NCBI GenBank assembly: GCA_037447605.1
Contig: CM074807.1
Location: 2,924,327 to 2,988,326 of the forward strand
Source of the DNA: Zygnema circumcarinatum SAG 698-1b
Lineage: Eukaryota > Plantae > Zygnematophyceae
Direction: 5' to 3'
Length of the DNA: 64,000 nt
The translations under genes and the position numbers were made by a program. The notes under the pieces are model-generated. The model saw only the letters and a list, made by a program, of their open reading frames with translations. It searched no databases and was not told the DNA's origin. This document shows, one piece after another, positions 26,611 to 37,078 of this stretch. Within the stretch, counting starts at the first letter, position 1, and every line of letters begins with the position of its first letter.

Positions 26611-28478
26611 CAGGCCTCTTCAAATAGGGGAGATCCCCTAAATATCGTAAATAGCTTATTTATGTAAGATTTTGAGATTAGTTTACGTGATTTCAACTTA
26701 AATACCACACAAGCCCCAAAAAAGCATTTTTTTGGTTAAAAACAAAAAGGAAATGAATTACATTTGCAACGACGATAGCAATGATGTATATGAACTTTAC
26801 TTGTTGGTATAACAACACGGCTTTAGAAACTGGTGCAACCTCTTCGACTCTTATAGATTGGTAAATTTTACCAATCAATTAGAACAACTGTGCATTTGGC
26901 AATCACAACATATAGTTGCTTATTCAAAAACCCAATTGCACTGAAACTTTGTAGATCCAATCCTAAGCTCTCTATTTCCTTTTCCATCCATCATTAATTA
27001 CTCCAAGTATCACTTTAGAATCCATCATAGTCTTGAAATTTCCTCACAAAAACTCTATTCCAAATCATAACCTCTGAAATTCTAGGTGTAGTCACAAAAG
27101 AAAAACTGAAATAGGAACTAAAATTAGAAATGAAATGAAAAATGGTCTCACTCCCTTAGGAGTTTTAGGCTGATCAAGACAGCTATAGAAGTGATGCAAA
27201 CTACTCAAAGAGACCCTCGAAAAGTGTTCAAACTATCAAACCGTTTGCAGTGAAGAATGCCTTCCAATGAAAAGTGTGTCAACCTCTTTCGAAACTCGTC
27301 TTTCTCCCATCCAATTACTGAAAAATCAGACTCGACGGTAGCAGTGTTGGGAAATGATGAAGCAAGGTCTCCACTCTCCACAAAATTCTCGTCCGTACGT
27401 GCACGGTTTCGTCCGTACAGTCCATATTTACGTGTTTTTACAAGGAAAATTCTACTCTCACACCTTTTTTGTCTACACACAAACCTTTTTTCGTCGGGCA
27501 GGTTCTATTTTAGAAAAAAAAAGGATTAACAACGAAAAATGCTTTTTTCATTCCTTTCTGGAATCGATACAAACCTTTTTCCGTCGGGCAGATTTTACCC
27601 CTGATTTTGTTTTTGGAGAGGAAAAAATCGGCTTGCCCAAATCCGCTGGGAGCAGAAGATCCGTTCGCCACGAGATCGTTCACGGGCGTGCGTTCTTTAC
27701 ACGTGCGGTGAATCTCCACCGTCAACTAACTCGCAGATCGCACCATACCAGATCATCGTTCGATCTGCAGTTGGGCTCGGTCCCAGCGAATGGCACGGGC
27801 CCACGTGTCCCGCCAAATCCGGCTCAAAGTGGGTCCATACAAAAACTGTACGGTCGCAGTTTCGAGGAAAGGCGAAATACTGTACATTGAATTCCTGGAC
27901 CAATTATAATTTGCCACGTGATTAAGGGTACACGTGGCAGATGGTGATTGGCTGTTAGTTGGCGAGCCGCCGCAGGCTGGCCAGTCAAGCTCATATTTTG
28001 TGGAGATCTCGGGCCGAGGGACGCGCGCTCTAGCACGTGCCAGCCGGCTTTGGTGGGGCACGTGGGCACGTGCCATTCGCTGGGACAGAGCCCAACTGCA
28101 GATCGAACGGTGATCTGCCGTGTTGCGATCTGCGAGTTAGTCGACGGGGGAGATTCAATGCACGTGTGAAGGACGCACACCCGCGAACGATTCTCGTGGC
28201 GGACGGATCTTCCGCTCAGCGGATTCGGGCAAGCTGATATTTTTTTTCACTCCAAAAAAAAAAATCAGGGGTAAAATCTGCCCGACGGAAAAAGGAGTGT
28301 GTATAGACAAAAAAGGTGTTAAAAAAGCATTTTTCGATTTTCTAAAATAGAACCTGCCCGGCGAAAAAAGGTCTGTGTGTAGACAAAAAAGGTGTGAGAA
28401 TAGAATTTTCCTTTTACAAAACCAAGTTAGGGGACAGTCCCCTATCTTAAGCCGAAATCCCCTATTTGAAGAGGCCTG
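26611..28478 (-). mobile_element. Non-autonomous hAT-superfamily DNA transposon (internal-deletion derivative)
   Basis: Perfect 21-bp TIRs CAGGCCTCTTCAAATAGGGGA (26611) and TCCCCTATTTGAAGAGGCCTG (ends 28478); 8-bp TSD CCCATGGA on both sides; transposase C-terminal remnant FPNTATVESDFSVIGWEKDEFRKRLTHFSLEGILHCK at about 27205-27400(-). Confidence 0.92.
27444..28411. mobile_element. Foldback MITE (Mutator-like long TIRs) nested inside the hAT element
   Basis: About 390-bp imperfect inverted arms starting GGAAAATTCTACTCTCACACC and ending GGTGTGAGAATAGAATTTTCC; flanked by direct repeat TTTTACAA (27436-27443 and 28412-28419); no coding capacity. Confidence 0.88.
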
Positions 28479-28866
28479 CCCATGGACCATAAACTCATGG
28501 AGGCATGGACCCATGGACGCATGGACCCATGGGGACATGGACTCGTGGAGGCATGGACCCATGACATCCGTGACAAGCGTGACGATCGAGCCCAGTTGGA
28601 TTTTACAGTCATTCCAGACCGTCCGATGCCCATCGAACGGTCCAAACGCGGCACCGTTACGTGGCTGGCGGCGCCCTTGACGGCCCAACCCTATTGCGGT
28701 TGCGCGAAACGGGAGCGCCCGCTGCCCTTCCGCCGAACAGGAGGGGGCGGGCCCCAAACGGGCGCCGTTAGCTGCCCGTCCCGCGCGACCACGAGGCGAG
28801 GCGAGGAGGTCAGCGTTCCTGCCTGCAGGTGCGTGGGGATTGTTGCAGGCGCTGCAGGGCCTGGCT

Positions 28867-31346
28867 ATGGCGGCTCCTGCAGGAGGGGACTTCCAGGGGA
28901 GGCTGAGGGATCAAGCAGGAAATGGGGACTTTAGGGTTCATATGCAGGGAGAGAGGGATGTGCAAGAAAGAAAGAGAGGGGTTTGGCTCTCTTGTATGTC
29001 TGTTGGGCGTCTCGCGGGTAGCGAAGGTCCGCATTATGCGACTCTTTGGCCGCTCTGTAATTCGATTGGAGTTAGGTATTGATTAGCTTCGGAAGTATCG
29101 GATTTGTGCGCGTCTGATAGTATTCTCAGGCGTTTGATCCCGGAATGGCACAGGATTCTCGAAGGCGCCACCTTGGCATTGTAGCGCGAGGGGAATGTCC
29201 TGCTGTTGTTGCCAATGCGCGTAAACCGTGAAAGTGGTGAGATTGCGTATTCAGAGAGTCTTGTTGTCTCTCAAATGTCACAAGAAATACCGTTCTTCTT
29301 GTAAGCTATTTTGAACTTCCATAGAGAACGTTATCTTCCCTTTAAACGATACGATACGGCAAGAGGATTTGAAACCAACCACCAAACCCTCTAACCTGAC
29401 CTAGTAGAGGCCTGTTTTTTTCCTGAAGCCGCCAATATTCCGTGCCACCTCACTTTGCACAAAATAATGAAGTCTATTGGAACTTGCTGACGCATCTCCT
29501 TAACTCCCTTTACAATATGATTCTTCGACTTCAGAAATTTCTACAAACCTCACTAGCGCATAAGGAGTGACCTGCTGATTGTGCGATTTCTGCCTACAGA
29601 ACTTCAAGGTGTTGAATCTAGAGCTTTGGTTCTCCTCGGCGGCGACGTGGAGCTCAATCCCGGACCAGTGAGGTCCACTAAAGCCTTTTTCTGGCTGTAG
29701 TGTACTTCAGGATACTCGCACGTGGCCTTGTGAATCCAGATCGTCTTACAACCGTTCTTGTGCATTGTGATAATTAGTACTAGAGATTTTTGCGTCTTGC
29801 TGTTTTTTGCCACTTTTTCGAGCGTCTTTTCAAATGGTGAAAACCTGTTTTGGGCTGTTCGGCCTCTTCAACAATGAAATGCACCCTGTCTAAGGCATTT
29901 TAAGGGAGATTTAAGTGGATTGTGTTGTGCAAGCTGAGATGACGCCAAAATTCTGACATTTAGGGAGACAGCTGGCTTTCTTTTCTTGACTGTTTGAGTG
30001 CACTGCCTCTCTATCTATTAGTCGGTTATTGTCAACTTTAATCGAGCTTGTCCAGTGTCGCTGCTACTTCAAATGTTAATGTGCTCTGTGTTCGTGGTTG
30101 CACAGGTCTGGGTGCAGTATGCACTACACTATAAAGGAGAAGCTGAGAAGGTGGGTGACGCACTGGTGCGGCTAGAGGAGCAGTGGCAGGAAGTTCCGCG
30201 AGAGGTGTTGGTCAATTGGCTAAAAAAGGTGCTCATGGCTGAGCTGGCAAACACCCTTCTTCGGGTGGATGCCGTCCAAGTCAGCCTGGAAATGCCCTTA
30301 GGAACACCAGTGTCAAGCGAAGGCTTACAGAGCTGTCTTTCACAAGGCTTTGTCAACTTGGCCGTTGTATCACCCCGTCCCAATGGTGAGCACCTCTGTT
30401 CCAATGAGTTTTGGATGCAAACATGGGAAGCAATTGCAGAGCACCTACTTTTAGGAAGAAAGGTTTTCCTGTCCTCTTTCGTTGACCAATTGAAGGCAGT
30501 GTAAAGGGACCATAGCGTGTGGTTTCAGAATAGCGGCAACAGCAGCAGCTGCCAAGGAGGGAGCTTTACTTCCATTTTTATTTGTCCCCGTATTGATGTT
30601 ATGAATTGTGCCTTTGTTAAACATTGCTTCCTTGGTTGCGGTTGTCTGCAGCGGCTCCCCTCTCTGCGGTACATCCTCCACCTTACTCTGCAGCCACCAC
30701 CTGTTCTCAAGAGGTAGTGCTTGAGACCACAAATTTTGGCCGGCCATGGGTCTCACCTTCAAGTTTGCCTCCTGCCCCATCCTTCACAAATCTGAATCAT
30801 GCCATGGATACCACCACCTTTAGCACTTCGAGTGGGCAGCCAGTAGGAGTTCGGGGGACAGACGGAGGGCAGAAGGTCAGCCTAAGTTCAGGAAGCGGAT
30901 ATGGGATGGGAGAGAAAAGGAAGAGGCAAGAAAAGTGGACGGAACATGAGACACTTGTCCTGATAGCTTCGAAGCAGAGGGAGGAGGAGGAGCATATGTC
31001 TGCACTGGAAGGAGACAGGCTGAAGACTGCGGCTGAGCGGTGGAATCGAACTGCTGAAATCATGCGGAGCAGAGGAGTTGTAGATAGGGAAGGGAAGAAT
31101 TGCGAGGATAAGATTACAAACTTGAAGAAGGACTGGGGTAAAGTGAGAGACTGGAATATGAGTCGTGGCGGAATAACTCAGTATTGGGAACTCTCTATCA
31201 CTGACAGGAAGCTCAATAAGCTTCCTGTGAACATGACTGAGGCGGTCTTTGGAGCCCTCGAGGAGATGGAGAACAACAGAGTACGCCCCCTCATGACTTC
31301 CCACCAAGACACTCTCCGAAATTCAGAATCAAGCATCGACACATGA
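28867..31346 (+). CDS. Trihelix (Myb/SANT-like, SH4/ASR3-type) transcription factor, predicted as the downstream part of a 2A-containing polyprotein; exons 28867-28935, 29130-29220, 29600-29667, 30106-30385, 30652-31346
   Basis: Last exon: KWTEHETLVLI..ERWNRTAEIM..KNCEDKITNLKKDWGKVRDW..YWELSITDRKLNKLP. All four GT-AG introns (194, 379, 438, 266 nt) are phase-compatible (0,1,0,1) and give one open frame. Domain call is strong; upstream exon choice is moderate. Confidence 0.8.
29600..29667 (+). other. Exon encoding a 2A/StopGo-like peptide (xLQGVESRALVLLGGDVELNPGP)
   Basis: GGC GAC GTG GAG CTC AAT CCC GGA CCA = GDVELNPGP at 29641-29667, an exact match to G-D-[V/I]-E-x-N-P-G-P; acceptor ctacag at 29599, donor gtgagg at 29668. 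Confidence 0.88.
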
Positions 31347-31965
31347 AGCCATGATGCTTCGAAGAGAGTTACAAAGTTTTGTATATTAGGCATGTCAGTT
31401 CGGCCTGCGATTGGTGCTGCTCACTAACTGGGCAGTCATTTATTTGAGCGGCTGGTGCTTCGCCACATCAATAAATTTTGAAGCGTTCATTACTTTCATT
31501 GGCTATAGCCCTTTTAGTGTTCAATTTTTTTGATCGAGCGGAAGAGCTTGAATGTTGGTAATCTGATGTTGCGTCGGAAAACGTAGACAAAGCGACACAT
31601 GCTCCGCGTTAGAATTGATTCATGAGCCTTTTGTTTCTATCTTTGCAGTAGTACAGAACTGCTAAAAACAGAATAACATCTGAACTCTCCATCAACACAT
31701 CAGGATTTGTTGGCTCAGCCATCCGTGTTAATTGCCAGAAGCACCATCTCTATTGGAAGCAAAAACAGGACCAAAATTGTAATAAAAGTCGTGGCATCTT
31801 CTTTGCACAAGGAGCTGCAATCTGCAGTAAAGTACAATGAGCTCCCACTTCAACATCCTGTCATACAAAACGAGCTTCAAAAATATCCTAACGAGTCCCT
31901 CTGCACCATGGTCCAAAATACCAGGACCCGTCCCACCCTAAGCAGGCGCTCACAGCATTAACAAA

Positions 31966-34073
31966 TTAGTGTTTGGCGGCTGCTTTGCTCCGCAAGTACC
32001 ACGCAGCCCCAACGCAGAGGAGAGCTGCAGCGCTGCACAAGAGGGTGACCTTTGTGCTCCTCTCCCACGTGCTCGGGGAGGAGAGCCACGGCAATTTTGG
32101 CAGATCTTCGGATTCCACACACTTGCAGTTGGCACCGCAGGCTTCCATCCGTTTCGTTTGTGCGACTTCCTGGGCTGCAGGGTCCAGGTCCAGACAACCT
32201 CTGCAAAGTCCAGCATATAAATTTCAGCATATTCACATCCGAAGAAAGGGGAGGACTCCAGAGCTTGTGCCTGAGATGAATGAAGAGGTGGTGTGGAGAA
32301 CAAAAAATGAAATCTTAGTTTGAAGGAGTGACTACATCACAACACGTTCAAGGAATGTCCGTGAGCTCTCGACACTTTGTTTTGTGCCAACGAAAATGGA
32401 GCCCTTAATGCATCCAAATACAATGAGATAGTAACGCCTTCCAGCATGACCACTTTCTCCATTACCTACAACGCTGGGAACGTCCAGAAAGTAGCCGCTT
32501 ACCTCCATAGCTTGTCAATAACCTGCCCATTCTTGAACGAATCCAATAGGGCAGGGATGTCGTCGGGCGTAACGTAGCCATACCTGCATAATAAACAGTC
32601 ATCCTTAATAAACAAGTAAATTCTCAAAAAGACTAGTGACAAAATATGGCTGGTCAAATGCAGAAGCTGCAAGCTCAGGTATACTTACTAGAAACATGTT
32701 CTTACTTTCAGTACTACAAAGTTAAATGAATGAGCACCTCCGACATGGCTCCACAGATATGGCCAACTACAGCCGATCAGTGAAAGACTCACCAGTCGCC
32801 TGCTTGAGATCCATCAGGTCGTGTGGTATACGCTATGATGTTACCAGCGTATTTGTGACCTCCAATATGGGAACATGGCCACACTGAACCTTGAATGCCT
32901 CTACTGGTGAGCGCCTCTCTAAACTTATCCACAAGAACAGGTCCGCAGACTCCACATCGCATATCATGGCTGGTGTGGGCACACACGAACAATTGGTATC
33001 CTTGAAGTGGTTCACTCTTCAGCTTCTTCTCAGCGGCTCCGATCAATGCTTCTTCGACAAACCGCTCAGCATCCTCAGGAGCCAATCCCCTGCAAAAGGC
33101 AGGCCCCAATTGTGATATCTTGAACTCGTTACTGCCATCTTCAGTCTGGGATGATTCTGTACTCAGCTCTACAAATGCGATTTCAGATGCGAGTATTTGG
33201 GCAAAGGCGGGGGCGCGGAATACATACACCACTGCACTATTCAGGCGTGGGGCTAAGCGCAGACAGCAACTCGAACCTATTAACTTAAAATAGACGAGCA
33301 CAAATTGACGCCCCAAATGTTTGAAAGCTTGTAGAATAAGTGTGAAGAGAAAGTGGTGCTTAAATTTAGCATGAAGGAAGACAAAAAATGTAAATATAAA
33401 AAGCGGTCCGGCCCTTGCCAGCTTCTGACACAACGAGATGGCCTTGCATGCACTCACGTGTATTTAATCATGTCGGGCAGAACCAAGACATCACCACTGC
33501 TACCGCCAGCTCCAGTCCCCTCCACGACGGTGAACTTCACCTGCAAACATGTCGAAGGCATCTTCAATCTCTAGTTCATGAACTCAAAGTCATGACCTTC
33601 ATGTATTATCTTCACAGCATAACTAAACGGAGCTTCCAAGCCAACATCTCCTCGCCATTAATAGAGGAAAGAAGATAATTGATGCGACTTTTGCAGTTTC
33701 TACATTTCAATAGTCTCAGCCTAGTCGAGCCTGTCCTGTCGTCAACCAAATATGTACTGATTAAACAAAGAAATAGCGAGAACGGGATCGACGAGCCTCC
33801 ATTTACCTTCTTCAGTACATCCTTCTTTCGCTTCTTCAGCGCTTCAGCAAGCTTTGCCGACAGCGGGTGAAACTCCGGATCCTCCACGTTCCTGGGCCAC
33901 TCGGCCACGCTCTTCTCCACCACCACAAACAGCTGAACATTATACTCCTTCACCGAACCTACAAGCTTATCCTTGTACATCTCCGCCCTCTCGAAACCGT
34001 GCTCCTTTGATGACGGCCCTGACGGAGGCAACTGCGGGTCTCCTTTTACCCCTTCTCCATTTTCTGCCGCCAT
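31966..34073 (-). CDS. Sucrase/ferredoxin-like protein (Aim32/Apd1-type thioredoxin-like [2Fe-2S] ferredoxin) with C-terminal membrane anchor
   Basis: HGFERAEMY..LVGSV..WP; FVCAHTSHDMRCGVCGP; CSHIGGHKYAGNII; DW|YGYVTPDDIPALL; tail TWERSTKVTLLCSAAALLCVGAAWYL; ATG 34073. Confidence 0.93.
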
Positions 34074-34640
34074 AGCGATGCTCCTCACGCCTACCGCCCT
34101 CCTGCAGACTCTAGAACTAACCCTAATGCTCCTCGCCCTCGCCCTCCCCCTCCCACTCCCAGCGGCGCAGAGAGAGGCTGAGACGGACCCGGCCCTGCAA
34201 CAAGCTCCGACCGCGCACGCGTTCATGCGGCCCCTCGCTCTCTCTTTCTCCCCGTCCCCTCCAAGCAGACAGACCGCCCTGCAGCTGCGCTATATGTATG
34301 CTGTTGCGCGTCGCATTCAACGTGCCCTTAGCGGATGCACGGACGTCGCATGGAGCCGTTAGCCACGTCACCGCCGCGCGCGCGCCAGCGTGCTGCCACG
34401 TGCCGGCCTGGGACTGGGCAGGGCGCCCGCTCTCGATCGGACCGTAGGTCCGTATGACTGTCCGTATTGATACTGTACGATCTGACGGCTGGAAAATGTA
34501 CGGCGGAAGTTGGGCCGGTAGGGCCAGTTGGGCTGACGCCGACCTAGTCGACGCATCGCCCAATCAGAGATCGACACACGTGGACAGTCACAAATAAGTC
34601 CTAATTTTTTCGACCGACCGACCGACCGACCGGCCGATCA

Positions 34641-34806
34641 TTCCTCGTGGTTCTTCGTGTTGCTGTGTTGTTGTTGGGCATGGATGGGTATTTCATGGCA
34701 TCGCGAGACCAATGCCAGTCGGGGAAGGGAAGTGGCATTGATCTCACGATGGCGAGGCCATCAAATGTACATGGACAAAATCATCATTATGGGGAACCAC
34801 GAGGAA
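34641..34806. repeat. 166-bp nested inverted-repeat (foldback) element, preceded by (CCGA)n
   Basis: Outer IR TTCCTCGTGGTTC / GAACCACGAGGAA; inner 19-bp stem catcgcgagaccaatgcca / tggcattgatctcacgatg (17/19 paired); (CCGA)n at about 34612-34633. Confidence 0.75.
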
Positions 34807-35426
34807 AGGACCAATTCCTAGCGATAGCCAATTTGTTGGCATCGCTTTCATATCGCGATCAAAAGAGGGGGCTCCCAATTACTCCGCGATGGCGAGGCAT
34901 CGAGAGGCGCAAGGCACAAAGGGAGGTAAGGCGAGGGCTGGGCGAGGGAAAAAGGGCGCGAAAGAAGGGCCAATCAAGGGGCTTGGTTTGGGTGGGTCTT
35001 GGAGGGCTGGAGAAGCCGTGCATTGAACGAGCCGCCATGGTGGGAGAAAGGCACACGCCAAAGGACGCGCCCAGGGACACATGGACGCTTAACTGCATAA
35101 AATTTTCCTGACAGGATTTTGGATAACAATTTAGAAATGTAGAACAGAAAAAACAGAGGAGTGCACCTTTTTCAGTCCAAGCTTCGGGATTTGTCAAAGC
35201 TGGGGAGCACCGCACAAGCAGCAGAAGGTCCATTGCGTGCAGGGCCCTGAGTTCGCGCATTGAAGCGGGTGCAGCACAGTACAAGGTACTGCTTTGAAAT
35301 TAACATCACTTGAATTTCGCCTTCCCCATCTCTCTGCGTTCGACGTTCTCCCTCTCTGACTGAGTTCAGATTGAAAAGGCCGTGGTCGATGGGCAGCAGA
35401 TGGCGCGTGCTATCACTGTTTTGCAT

Positions 35427-37078
35427 CTAGCTTTGAGATGTGCCATTCTTTAAACGAAGCTTCTTATGGAGCAATAGAAGACGTGGAGAGAGAGGTCGAT
35501 TGAGCCGTTCCTTGAGGACACAATCCCATTCTTGAGGAGGCAGACTTGCAGCAAACTGACGTACAGTTTCATGCTCCTCCCTGCAAAACTCATCAGGCAA
35601 AATGGTTCACACATACCTTAGGACATATTCACACCCTCAAAATGATCAACTTCATGGTAATGAAAGATTGAACCACTTCAAAAAGCACATAGAACACTTC
35701 TGAGCTTCAATGAGTACGTCACTTCAATTCTGAATCAGATGTTAAAGTTGAGACCCCTACCAGGCTTCCGGATGACCAACATAAGTGACAACAGATATGA
35801 GCCCGCCGGGAGCCAAGATATCTGCCGAAGCTTCTAAAGCCGCCAAAGTTGTGCTCTGCTGCGTGATGACCTCCTTGCGGCCACCTGGAAGGTATCCAAG
35901 GTTGAATGCCACAAGTCTGCATAGACCGCTCGGACAAAAGAGTAGATGAGGAGGCATGCGCGAGTTGGAGTTTTCAGGCAAAACAAATTTGGTACATGTA
36001 GAGAAGGAATACAAGGCCGAGATAGGCTCCATTCAATTCTCAGCAGCATCCCTCTCCTACTCGCTCTGTTTCGGCTCTCATTGCTATGAAAAGTGGCACA
36101 CCTGCCCACCTGGCAGAGGCAGGCGACACCAACCTCCGCAGCTGAGAGTGGCAGGCGCACTCAAGTTGCACTCTTTCCACCTGTTTCCACCATCATAGTG
36201 AAGTAAGAAGTAAGATTGACAAAAAAGTCTACAACAGCCCGCCCAGATACGGAACATCCAAAGCAGGCATAATAGCACAAACCAAGAGTTTATGATGCAT
36301 TGACCTGAAACGCCGTGGAAAAAAGATAAGGGAAGGGGAGTAACGCCAGACAAAGGTACAACAAAAGTTCCTGAATTGTCAGACATAATTGCATAGCTTA
36401 GCCTTCAAGACTTTAATACCTTTTCTGCTGCTACTTTGTAAATGTGGTGAAACGTTTAAATGCACGCACCTCAGCGGGAAAAAGAGATTGCCTCAGTAAA
36501 GACTCGGTGCTGGCCACAGCCAATGCCTGCTTGTCAATTGCCAGCACAGAGCCCACCATAGCCCCACAGTCCTCCCGCCAGCCAATAGCAAGCCGAGCCA
36601 TGGCGAGAGTATCGTGTCCATTGCCACACGTGGCATCCACTGCCAGGTCGCCCGGCCGCACTACTCTCCGCCAAACTCTGCCGAGAGCCCCACCCACAGC
36701 TGGGCAGTCTATGTCAACCTAAAATGCTTCTCAAGGGTGTGGCTTCTTTTTGAGGGACTAGAGATGAGGCAGCAGTCCGGGAACGTACTGATGTGCAATT
36801 GTAGTGAACTTTGCGCCCTCCACGATGAGCTTTCCCAAATCTGAGTTATCCAAAACACTAAATGGCTGATGGCTCTGCTGGGACGCCTGATTCTTCGTGG
36901 TGCCAGTGGAGTGCAGGTTCTTCCTGCAAGCTGCTGCATTTCCTTGCCATCTTCGGCTGCTATTCGTTGGTAGCTGCAATTTCAGGACAGCTAATTCTTT
37001 TACTGGTATTTGACCGCCGTACAAACACATGCGTGGCATTCTACTGCGCAAGTTAGCAACTGGTGAACCTGCAGGCAT
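35427..37078 (-). CDS. YtqB/MnmM-like SAM-dependent RNA methyltransferase, probably plastid-targeted
   Basis: FTTIAHQ|[30 protein letters not shown]; [37 protein letters not shown]; [19 protein letters not shown]; N-terminal extension from ATG 37078. Confidence 0.92.

Noticed and set aside
26056-26708. Several ORFs with MPPHGS / GPMGRH repeats
   Set aside because: They are translations of the CCATGG minisatellite, which lacks stops in several frames.
30463-30651. Joining the post-2A exon to the trihelix exon through 66-nt and 61-nt introns
   Set aside because: Those introns are shorter than others seen here (about 95 nt or more); the G|GTGAGC donor at 30385 gives a simpler in-frame join.
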